Source: Leidyana gryllorum EB-2025a (lineage: Eukaryota > Protista > Apicomplexa). Taken from it: a stretch of 64,000 bases of DNA. Within the stretch, counting starts at the first letter, position 1; the number at the start of each line of letters is the position of its first letter. The notes below the pieces were generated by a model, which ran no database searches, had not been told where the DNA came from, and saw nothing but the letters and a program-made list of their open reading frames with translations. Below, piece after piece: positions 25,957-36,600 of this stretch. The DNA is taken from assembly GCA_048772705.1 (NCBI GenBank), contig JBLWGC010000143.1, positions 22,688 through 86,687 on the forward strand, in the 5' to 3' direction. The position numbers were made by a program, and so were the translations under genes.

Positions 25957-27797
25957 TCAGCTCAGCAATGCGACCAGAGCACTCAAAGTAGCGATAAACG
26001 TAATACTGACCTGTGCAACCGCCCCGTTCACCACATTGACAGAATCAGCACCTAAAGGAGGCAGCTGTTTGTGACGGCGGACAACATTACTTACCATTTG
26101 TCAACCCGCTGGAGCCACCCGATTGACTATTACCGGTGTTGACGCTGGTGTCTCCCGATTTGCAGTTATTGGCACTGTTCTCCTGTGTCAAGGGGCAGGG
26201 GAAGTTTGCCCATTTCGCCTACAACAGAACACTTAGATGTCGCTGTCTGCACAAATCTTACAGATATAACAGGCGTTGTGGCGCCTAAGTGACCAGCGGG
26301 GTTCAACTTGACAGTTTTCCCGTACCAACCGTCCAGAGCCCCCTGCAAGAGGTCTCCAGCGGACTCGCGACTGCGAGCTGACCCAAAGTCCGAAGCAGCC
26401 CAGACAATACCGCCACCCATCCCATACTTCTTAGCGTAGGCCATCTTCTCCTTCCAAGCGCGATCAGACTCCCAGCTGACGAAAACATTGGTCTCAGACT
26501 CCCGTTTCGGGTTGGTGGCACAGTAGAGAGTGTCAGTCTTTGTCTGGTCATCCCAGGTGTGCTCACACCGGGGCAGCCAGTTGGCCAAGACATCCCAAAT
26601 CGACACATTTCCAGGCTCAAGTGTCCCTTGGCCATTGTGATTAGATGTCGCAGTGGACGTCTGCCACATTCCCTTGGGTGACGAACCCTTGGAGTTGCCT
26701 GGGATACCCTGCCAGACCTTTCCGTACGTAGCCAAACCCATAATGAGTTTGTTCGGCTTCTTGCACCGTTTGAGGACGGCTTGCACGGAGTGATCGATGT
26801 TATAATTGTCGGTTTCACCGCCGGAGTCAGTGGAACCGTATAGAGGCGCGAGGGGACTGGCGTAGTTGAGCCAGGTGCCGAAGAAATCGTAAGTCATCAG
26901 ATTGATCCAATCCATGGTGGAGTCTTCACACATCCATTCGATGGGGGTCGGGTCGGGATACTTTGAGGTCCCACCCGCCAATAGATCGGGATTCATACCA
27001 ATGGCCATCGTGTTATACATTCGGCGTCCCAACTCTTTCTCCAACTTGTCGAGAGCTTTACGCATATCCGATAAGAAGCTCTTGAAGACATCCCAGTCGC
27101 CGCGCTGGGATTTGTTGGCTGTCGTTCTACACACCTCCTCGCCTTGACAACCGCAGGGCTCGGCACAGCCGGGGTACTCCCAATCGAAATCGACACCGTC
27201 CATACCGTAAGCGCGAATGGTATCAATGATACTCTGAATGTACACCTTCCGATTGGAGGATTGGACACATTTCCTGATCGAATGATGCTCAAAACTATCT
27301 CTCGTACATTTCACTCACATCATTGAATGACTGCGAGACCAGCCGCCCAGAGACATCAAAAGCTGTTCGCGATTGTGTTTCATCCGACCCACATGATTGA
27401 CTCACAATGAAATCGGTCCCATACCGCTTCTTCAACGTCAGATACCCACCCATTACACCGTTGAAGGTGTCCCATGCACCGCCATAGGTGGGATCCGCTT
27501 TTTCCATATCAGCCCAGGTGTCCAACGTTCGCAGTCTGCAGTCGCCCTCGTCAGCCATCAAGAAAGCGTGATTGACAATGAGACGGCGGAATTGGGGGTC
27601 GCGTTGGAAGATTCCGCGATCCATATCGCTCACGTAGTAATCCCTCTCGTGTACCGCCCACTGGACCGACTTCAGAAAGGACAGCAGTCATCACCTACGT
27701 TCTCAAAGTAGAAGACCATATCGGGACCGTTACGATCCAGCGCCTCTATTGCGGGCAATGCCGCAAAGAAAGTCAGAAAGTTGCCAATACCCTTCAT
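25957..27797 (-). CDS. GH18 chitinase copy C, short linker and GPI-anchor-like tail
   Basis: Same motifs; last exons give NFPCPLTQENSANNC...NGAVAQVSITFIATLSALVALLS*. Confidence 0.9.
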
Positions 27798-28034
27798 GTT
27801 GCTGCACGTTCCACAGTGTGGGGCAGAATGGAGAGGCAATTAAGAGTCCGTCCTTCGCTTGAAACACTGTGACACACACCTTTGAGTCCAGCTCGCTCGC
27901 CGGGGCGGGGTGAAGGCCGCGAAATTGCAGATTGGCTGACAGCCGTCAGCAATATAAAGCTCTGATTACGTTGGAGGTGATAGACAATTGCCCTTAAGGT
28001 CCTATTGTTCGTTTGACATCACCAACTATGGCAC

Positions 28035-29990
28035 TCAATTGAGCAGAACTACAACTGCACTCAATACAGCAATAACCCCGAAGGGGAGAGCAGAGGACAC
28101 TCCACTCGGGTCTCCCTCGCCTTCACTTCCGCTTCCATCGCCGGCACCCGGACCAGTACCTACTCCTCCGCCTGGGGCCGTTGTTCCCCCTGAGCCTCCG
28201 CCAGTGCCCACAGGTGCTGTGGTCGGATTGACTGAACCGGAGCTGTCTCCATTGGTGAGACTGTTGCTGCCTCCGGAATTGCTGTTACCCAGATTGATGC
28301 TGGTGTCACCAACTGGGCAGTTGTTGGCCGTGTCTTCCATAGTGAGTGGGCACGGGAAGTTGGACCATTGTGTCTGAAGTACGACATCTTGAAACAAGCA
28401 TTCAGCAAGAAAGACTCACCCATGGACCACCATTGGTGGCACCCAAGTGTCCAGGAGCGTTCAATTTCACAGAACCACCGAACCATCCATCCAAGGCACC
28501 CTGCAGCAACTCGCCAGCAGACTCGCGGCTACGAGAGGTACCAAAATCAGAAGTGGCCCAGATGATACCTCCACCCATATTGCGCTGTTTGGCGTAGGCC
28601 ATCTTCTCCTTCCAGGCGCGATCAGACTCCCAACTGACGAATACATTGGTCTGGGTGGTATTCTTGGGGTTTGTGGCACAGTAGAGAGTGTCTGTCTTGG
28701 TTTGATCATCCCAAGTGTGCTCACAAACGTTCAACCAGTTAGCATAGATATCCCAAATAGAGACATTGCCCCGTTCCAGAGTACCGGTGGCCGCATGCTC
28801 GTTCTCCCCAACAGCAGTAGATTTCTGCCACATTCCCTTGGGAGAAGACCCCTTGGAGACACCTGGCACGCCATGCCAGAGCTTTCCGTAAGTGGCCAAA
28901 CCCATAATGAGCTTGTTAGGGTTCTTGCATCGACTGAGGACGTGTTCGACAGAGTGTGCGATGTTATAATCGTCGGTTTCACCGCCGGAATCAGTGGAGC
29001 CGTACAGAGGTGCCAAAGGACTCGCGTAGTCCAGCCAGGTACCGAAGAAATCGTAAGTCATAAGATTGATCCAATCCATGGTGGGATCTTCACACATCCA
29101 TTCGATGGGAGTGGGATCGGGATACTGACTGGTGCCTCCGGCGAGCAGCTTGGGATTCATACCAATGGCCATTGTATTATACATTCGGCGTCCCAACTCT
29201 GTCTCCAACTTGTCGAGAGCGACCCTCATGTCAGCCAAGAAAGTCTTGAAGACATCCCAATCGCCTTTTTGAGACTTGTTGGAAGTAGCCTTGCAGACAT
29301 CCTCCTGTTGACAACCGCAGGGCTCAGCACAGCCGGGGTACTCCCAATCGAAATCGACACCGTCCATACCGTAAGCGCGAATAACGTCAACGATACTCTG
29401 AATATAAGTGGCGCGGTTCGCTGGCTGGACGCACTTCCTGTTAAAGTTGCCACGAAATGAACGAATGATCTCCCGAACATCAAACACTCGTACACTTACA
29501 TCATAGAGTGACTGCGAGACCATCCGCCCAGAGACATCATAAGCTATTGAGGGGCAGTTTTGGATATCAGATGATCAATGGTCTCAACTCACAATGAAAT
29601 CAGTTCCGTAACGCTTCTTCAAGGTGAGATAGCCACCGAGAATACCATTGAACTGGCCCCAGGATCCACCCCACAGAGGGTCGCCCTTCTCCATATCAGC
29701 CCAGGTATCGAGAGTCCGCAGTTTGCAGTCGTTCTCATCGGCCAAGAAGAAGGCGTGATTGATGATCAGACGGCGGAATTGAGGGTCACGCTGGAAGATG
29801 TTGCGGTCCATATCACTCACATAATAATCACGTCCGTGAACCGCCCACTGATAGCCAACTAGGAGCTGATACCTCCATTCTGAATACTCACGTTCTCGTA
29901 GTAAAAGACCATATCAGGCCCGTTGGGATCAAGCGCATTGCCGCCGGGAAGGCTCGCCAGAAGGGGCAAGATCGCTCCAATGACCTTCAT
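28035..29990 (-). CDS. GH18 chitinase copy D, signal peptide and GPI-anchor-like tail
   Basis: Same motifs; ends SGVSSALPFGVIAVLSAVVVLLN*. Confidence 0.92.
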
Positions 29991-30023
29991 GGTACTGCAC
30001 GTTGCACGACTGAGGGGTACTGA

Positions 30024-31059
30024 TTATTGTGCACTTTGATCAACGCCATCGAGTTGTCGAATATGTGGGAAGTATTTCTTCGCTGCCGAGCGGTAGGCTG
30101 AAACGTTTGATGAGTCTCGACAGCCTCAGTGCAACGAGTCCTACCTAATAAATCTCCCACACGCGGATTCCCGTTGAAGTACAGACTTTCTAACACTGGG
30201 CACTTGGAAGCAATGTGCTGAAAGACTGTATCCAATCGCTCGCTAGCTGGTAAATAATTGGACGTAAGCCCCAGAATGACCAGTTTGGGGAGGTTTGGCA
30301 AACCCAGCGACCCCAAGTCGCGAATCAGGTTGCAGGTGAAGCTCAACCTACAATTGTTGAGAGTATATTTCCACTCAAAGCTGTCCCAACATACCGCTGT
30401 AACCCGCTTTCTGCGCCCAGAAGATCGTGAATACCCTCTAAGGATACTATTCGATTGTGCGCACAGTCAAAGTACGACAAATTAGGAGCTGATTCCGCCA
30501 AACACACCGCCACAGGCTTCTGAGAGATGGTGTGCAGATGATTGTGGTTGATCAGAAGGTCCTGGAGCTGAGGACAAACTAAACCGTCAAAGAACGGCAA
30601 CTTCATCAGCACATTCGACGTCAGACAAAGCGTCCGCATTCGGCTCGAAATGCTCTCCGCACACGAAGTGATCTTGGCAGCTGCAACCGACGCTCGGGCA
30701 ACTTCAGGTAGCGCTTCCGAATGCTCGTTTATGTGACTGACTCTAGCAGCCAAAGCGGACAAGAAACTCTTGACATTCAACTCAGTGAAAAAGTTACGCG
30801 ATACGTCCACGACGAACTTCCATTCCTCCGAATCCTCTCCCATCACCTCGTCGTCGGCCTCATCCATCGCTTTGCCAGCCTTCTCAAAGTCATCACGGCT
30901 GGGAAACTGCAGCCAGTTGCCTTCCGCATCCATACGATTCAGCAGCCCAGGGCCATTGAGCTGAGTCAGATACTCATCAAACGACTCAATGTGTAATTGT
31001 TTGAAGGTGAAGTGAAGCTCCTTCACCTCCGGGTGGATGTGCAGTTCCCACAGGCCCAT
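30024..31059 (-). CDS. Leucine-rich repeat protein with LRRcap, multi-exon
   Basis: LxxLxLxxNxL repeats (LCLTSNVL, LLINHNHL, LGLTSNYL, LYFNGNP) and spliced YRSAAKKYFPHIRQLDG cap. Confidence 0.8.
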
Positions 31060-31226
31060 TGCTTTTTTTTTTGATGTGTGTGTGGAGGATTAGGGTGACG
31101 CTGGGGTGTGTGGGTGTAGGGATGGTAAGCTCTGTGTGTCAGCAAAGTCCCATTCTATCTTGTGGAGATCTTCTTCTGATATCACATTGATCTCATCTTA
31201 TCTTTTCTTGTCTTCCACTCTTAAGC

Positions 31227-32591
31227 ATGCAACTCTCGCTGTTTTTGGTCTCAGTTCTAGGGGCATTGGCGACCAGCTACCAAGGTCACGATGTCGGTGG
31301 ATATGTGTTCCAGCCTGTACAGGAGGTTTATGGTGAAGTAACCCCGCCTGCCGCCAGAGCTTACAAATCCCATCGCGTTTCACTATTCAAAGAGATCCGC
31401 GACAAGCTGATTGCACAATCCAGAACGCGGGCCTCTGCAACTCGTTGGTTCGGAGCTTCCGGTGGTACGGCGTCCTCCGAGTACGAACACCTTCGTGTGC
31501 CGGAGAACTGCGTTTTCCCTATCGATCTTTTGATTTTGCAAGATGCCACTGGCTCCTTCCAAGTGGACTTCGAATTGACAGTGAACAACACGCTTCCTGC
31601 CATTGACAAAGTTCTCCCGGCTCGTCACCCGGACTCGAGAATCAGTCTGGTTACCTTCAAGGACAAGCCGCACTATGACTTGGGCGAGCCCACTGACTGG
31701 TGTGTCAAGGTACACGCGCTCAATGAGGAGAACGCCGAGTCCCTTCGCCCGCACTACCAGAGCTGTCCTGTGGGTGGCGGCTATGACTTCCCGGAGAACC
31801 AATATGGTGCCCTGATGGCTGTCCTTAACTCTCCCGAAACTATTCCCTGGAGCCGCAACCCAATGGCCACCAAGCTGGTCATTATGATCACTGATGCTCA
31901 GCCGCACTTTGGCGGAGATGCCCAGCAGAAGCTGTACCCGTTCCTTAGCGACTGGGGCATGGGCTATGACGAGCACCAGGAAGAGCAGTACTGCAAAGAG
32001 CGATACTATCCGACTGTAAGTTTCTCAATCTCAACCTCAAATCGACCTTTCTCTCCCTCGCAGCCTGAAACTGTCAGAAACGCCATCTACGATGCTCATA
32101 CATACTTTGCAACTATCATTGTCCGCCCGGAAGACCCAGTTGCCAACCCTCTCGGAGCCTGGCAGTGGTTCAACTCCTACGTCGGATTCCCTGATACCTT
32201 TGTCCAGCCGTCCACAGACAACGTTGAGGGATGGTTCGACGAGTTGCTCGACATCCTTCAAGCGGTCGAGGGCGAAGAGTGTGTCTGGGACGCGACCACC
32301 ACCCCGGAGCCCACCACCAGCACAACCACCGAGCCTACGACAACTACTACCACCGAGCCGCCTACCACCACCACTCCGGCCCCGCCGACTGAACTTCCCA
32401 CTCCTTCAACCGCCCAGCCGACCTATCCGTCTGAGCCGGCCCCAGGCAACACGGAGCTGACTATCAACTGCGCTTGCCCGCCCACCAACCCCGACTGCTG
32501 CCAGAAAGCCCCTGAGGTCTTGATCGCGCTGATGAAGCGCCCTGAGAACCTCGACATCCATCTTGTGGGTCCGGAAGAACCAACTTACTAA
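31227..32591 (+). CDS. Secreted vWA (integrin-beta I-like) protein with Thr/Pro-rich stalk
   Basis: Signal peptide; DLLILQDATGSF MIDAS-like motif, FKDKP, GGYDFPE, TDAQPHF; TTTEP repeats; probable in-frame 48-nt intron 32016-32063. Confidence 0.85.
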   Translation: MQLSLFLVSVLGALATSYQGHDVGGYVFQPVQEVYGEVTPPAARAYKSHRVSLFKEIRDKLIAQSRTRASATRWFGASGGTASSEYEHLRVPENCVFPIDLLILQDATGSFQVDFELTVNNTLPAIDKVLPARHPDSRISLVTFKDKPHYDLGEPTDWCVKVHALNEENAESLRPHYQSCPVGGGYDFPENQYGALMAVLNSPETIPWSRNPMATKLVIMITDAQPHFGGDAQQKLYPFLSDWGMGYDEHQEEQYCKERYYPTVSFSISTSNRPFSPSQPETVRNAIYDAHTYFATIIVRPEDPVANPLGAWQWFNSYVGFPDTFVQPSTDNVEGWFDELLDILQAVEGEECVWDATTTPEPTTSTTTEPTTTTTTEPPTTTTPAPPTELPTPSTAQPTYPSEPAPGNTELTINCACPPTNPDCCQKAPEVLIALMKRPENLDIHLVGPEEPTY

Positions 32592-32639
32592 ATATCTAAA
32601 TTGCTATCACTACTCTTATAACACGGGACACACTGCTCC

Positions 32640-33130
32640 CCTGGAAATCTGGAAGCTTCAGTTCGACTCTATGAGCTGATCTCCAGGAACAAAGATTATT
32701 TTCATAAAACTTATTGGCGATGTATTTGAGTTTGTCTAGGTGGGATGATGAACTGGGGATTAAAATCTTTGCACTTTCATTCCGCTTTGTATTCGTTCCA
32801 CCAGTTTTTTCGTACACGTCCATCTCCCACTGTCAAAGAGCCCTCAGAAAAGATCAACAATGAAGCCTATATTAGACTCAGTGTTGAATGGTTCGGGAAT
32901 TGTTATACGTAGGTGGAATTCTTTAAGCGCTTGTTGGTCGGCCAGAGCCAGGCGGCAATTTCGCACTTCCCTAAAGCATGGTTTCCAGTAAATTAGTTTC
33001 GATGTATTGTGTGTGGTACGGTGTCTCGCCGTTGGTTGCGTTCAAAGCGTCTCTGAACTGCCCATGTAGTAACTTTGAGGGCTTTTATTCCACCGGTCAG
33101 TGCAAGATCTTCCCATCTCCCTGTCAAACA
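32640..33130. repeat. Degenerate tandem duplication of a ~290-nt non-coding unit (candidate ncRNA pair)
   Basis: Collinear shared islands: TGGAAWTCTNNAAGC (32642/32914), CGATGTATT (32718/33000), TGAACTG (32749/33054), TTCCACC (32796/33088), CCATCTCCC..TGTCAAA (32820/33113). Confidence 0.5.
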
Positions 33131-33172
33131 TTGGAGCCGGGCTAAATTTTTCAGTTCTGTAACTTTGTCATC

Positions 33173-33533
33173 ATGAAGATTGCCAGTAAGTCAGCGACAT
33201 TTGACCCTCTTGTCACGTGTCTTGCGTAGAGAGCTCTAAGCGTCAGACGTTGAAACAGAAGTATAAAATCGAGAAAAAGGTGAAAGAGCATCACAAGCGA
33301 CTCAAGAAAACAGCTAAGACTGCTGCTGTTCAAAAAAGTGAGTGGAGTCCCTCTTGGTACTGCATCTGTATTTTTCCCCAGAATATAAGAAAGATATCGG
33401 CATCCCGAACCTGTGGCCGTTCAAGAAAGAGATGCTCGAAGAGATAGAGCGAGCTAAGAGGGCTAAGGAGGCAGAGAAAGCAGCGAAACAGCTCGCCAAG
33501 CGAGAGAGAAAGGCTGCTGCAAAGCAACAGTAG
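33173..33533 (+). CDS. GNL3L/Grn1/Nug1 N-terminal-domain-only protein (90 aa), 3 exons
   Basis: After removing 44-nt introns 33186-33229 and 33338-33381: KSSKRQTLKQKYKIEKKVKEHHKRLKK...KDIGIPNLWPFKKEML. Confidence 0.88.
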
Positions 33534-33562
33534 TGGTCGCACTGGTAGATAAGATGACATTA

Positions 33563-33578
33563 ATATATATATATATAT
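33563..33578. repeat. (AT)8 microsatellite between convergent genes
   Basis: atatatatatatatat. Confidence 0.8.
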
Positions 33579-33604
33579 CTCACAACAAATACACCCGTTC
33601 CCAC

Positions 33605-36600
33605 TCAGTTGGACAGCCGTCTACACATTATCTTTGCGAAGAACCCCTCCTCAATATCTGACAACCAGTCCCAGAATTCTGTCAGGGGTCGACCTTCGCC
33701 ATCTAGCCCATAATTCCACCGAGTTCGGGTCTGAGCATAACGAATGGGCTGACCGTGACTTGCTGCTGACGGGGGGGACATTGACGCAGCGCCAGCCGTG
33801 CTTCCAGACCGCGCAATCTGGGAAGGGCCAGTTTCACAGCCCTCTTCTCTACGAGCCCGAATTCGCACTCTGCCGATGCCATGTGGCAACAAGGGAGGAC
33901 GCGACTCGGCTGGCCCACATCCCGGCATACCCGATGGCATTGCACTGCCTTCACCAGCGCTCGTCGACCGCCGTATGTAATCCTTCAGTTGGATTGAAGG
34001 GTTCGCGAAAACCAGCCCTCCCTCGTACGAAACTCCATTAGGAAAGATCACGCGCCATTCGGCCTTGGAATCGGGATGATCGTCCACCCATCGGCCTGTG
34101 ACGCGAACTTCATTAGACATGGCGAAGGTTCCAATGCCATTTCGTTCCCCTCGATACCAACTGCCTTCAAACTTAGCCCCTGATGCGTATAACAAGGTGC
34201 CTCGGCCGCAGGCCGCACCGTCCATGAAAGACCCTTCATATGCACGGCCATCCGGCCACAAGCGCCTCCCGAGCCCATGGAACTTTCCTCGTAGCCACCG
34301 GCCTTGGTAAGTCTCCCCAGACGGAAAGACCACAGAGCCTTCCCCATCAAACGCGCCTTTCCGAAACTCACCTTCGTAGCGAGTTCCCCAACGGGTCACC
34401 AGCGATCCGCGCCCGTCGAAGAGATTGGCAACAAATTGCCCCGTGTACTGGTGCTCACGTGTCTTAAGAGTCCCATAACCAGATCGCTGATCGTCGATCC
34501 AATCTCCCGTATACTCGTATTTGGCGTGCGGTGAACCGAAGACACCGTAGCCGTGACGTTTGTCTGCCATCCAGTCCCCGTCATACACCAGGCCGGTAGC
34601 GGAACGATATATCCCGTGACCTTCGCGTAAACCGTTCACGAAGTGCCCTCTGTAGCTGTCTCCATTTTCGAACACATACTCCCCCAATCCGTGCCGCGGG
34701 GCTTCGGTGTACACGGCGACCATCTGCGACAGCGCAGCTCGTAAGTCCTCCCGTCCGCTCTATTACCGGCAAGTCGTGTGTCCGCATCCACACATCAAAG
34801 TTATGTTTAGTGACCCAGGCTTTCATGAAATGATGATTGAAATTTGAGAGACCGAAGGTGCGCCCCTCAACAGCTTGCAGCACACCCTCGGTGCTCCGAT
34901 CCGGTCCGGCCGCGAAGGCAACCAATCTGGGTCGTAATCACACCTGCTAGAAGTCTCACCTTAGAAACACTTCAAGGTACACCTCTAATTCCCGGCGCAA
35001 CGGATTCGAACCATCAGTAGGCATAGAGCCCGATTCCCAAAAATGGAACTCCTTGCCCAGATTCCGGAGGGAGAACCCCTTTGGCAGTCTGGGTAAAATC
35101 ATTGCGGCTCGTTGCGCGTTAGTTCGGGTCCTTCCCTTTGCGTGTGCAAACGCGAAGGACCTATTGTGCAGATCTTCTCTGCCAATCATTCTTCGCACCA
35201 CGGTGTCCACGCGGCGGACAGCATCAGCTTCCGTGGTCCCACTGGCATCAGGAGCAGCCGCGTTCTTGTGGTGACTCGACTTGACGGCGGGGCGCGCGGT
35301 TGGGTAGTGTGATGCGCCATGTGCAGTATCGCCGACAGTCATGGGCAAGGAATAGCGCCGGCCCATGTGTGCTGGCCCAGCTTCATCGTCGCTGGCTGCT
35401 ACGTGCGATTGTGAGCTACTTGAGGACTCCCGAGTTGTGGTACGGCTGGAGTTCCGTGTCTCCTCGTCTGCCGGGGCGCAGATGGATAGGGCTGGACGGA
35501 TGCGGCGTCGAATCAATCGACTTTCGAACGTAGACGGCTCCAATAGTTGCGCCAAACCCCTCCGTCTGATCTCCAGGACACAGCTTTTCGTTTCGCTGTC
35601 GATTGACACTATGGAAGGGATCGCGGTGGTGCTAAGATTGGATGGCACTCACACACAATGTCGCACTCCAAGATTTCAGGGGCGAGCAAAAGATTGTTGG
35701 AGACTCCGGCCAGGAAGCCGTCACATGCTGCCAGATGATCTTTCATCTGTAGAGTGGCATAGGGCAAGATTAGGCACCGATCGTGCCACGTTCGGAGAGG
35801 CAGCGCGGAGGCATCTAGGCGCTGGAGGCGTTCTTCGCTTACACCTCCCTTTGGGACCAAACCAAACATTGACGCTCCTGGGAGGAGGGAGACGAGCGTC
35901 AATACCATCGATGAGACCTGGGGATGAGTGGTGGCGGCAGATTTGTGTGTAGGCGGACTTACGACTGAAGCATCGTCACAGTATACTATTATTTTGGCTT
36001 CCAAGAGGAAGGCTTTGACTAGATACAGGATGTGTTTGGGGCGAAGGATATTCAAGCCGCGAGGTTCCGAGTCATCGCTATTCGTGTGGGTATTGATTAA
36101 GGATCCTGGCCTTCTAAGTTGCGCTTCAGGGGGCTCGCGTGCCAAATCAGCAATTTTGCACCACGTGGCATTAGGAAGGTCATGGAAGGGATTCTCAGGG
36201 TGGAAGGAGAGAGGTGAGTGTCCCGTCAGAGAATTGAGCTGATTGTAAAAAGCTTCCAGAATTGTGGAACTGAGACAGTAGGAGAGGAGCTCCGAGATTC
36301 AGGCCTTTGATCTTTCTTACTCAGCGAAATCGGACTTATCCAAGTAGCACATTATGATGGGTTTCAGTCGGCTACGGAGCTGACAGAATCCCGGAACTTG
36401 GCTGATAATACACACAGCCTTCTGAACGAATCCGCGAGTGATCTCGGGATTGTGTGTGGTCTGTTGAGGATTACGATGGATTGATCGATCTAATAGTTCT
36501 GTAACAAATCAGTTTGCGGCTTACCGCAGGGTCGACTTCGATGCGTCTCGAACAACTCACACCGAACAGCGGTCGACCTGCAGTATGCGCTTCGATTTAT

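Noticed and set aside
28447-29460. 337-aa plus-strand ORF and similar ones opposite the chitinases and AspRS
   Set aside because: Antisense shadow frames of biased coding sequence with no recognisable motifs
31060-31140. Poly-T and GTGTG runs as ApiAP2 binding sites in a divergent promoter
   Set aside because: Low-complexity sequence; cannot be distinguished from background without genome-wide data
32296-32390. ACC-rich repeats as an array or CRISPR-like element
   Set aside because: They encode the Thr/Pro stalk of the vWA protein; no spacer structure
32596-32823. 75-aa minus-strand ORF as a gene
   Set aside because: No motifs, and the frame is not preserved in the paralogous unit; not fully excluded
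32968-32974. CCCTAAA as a telomerase template in the intergenic unit
   Set aside because: Exactly one repeat with no alignment extension; expected by chance
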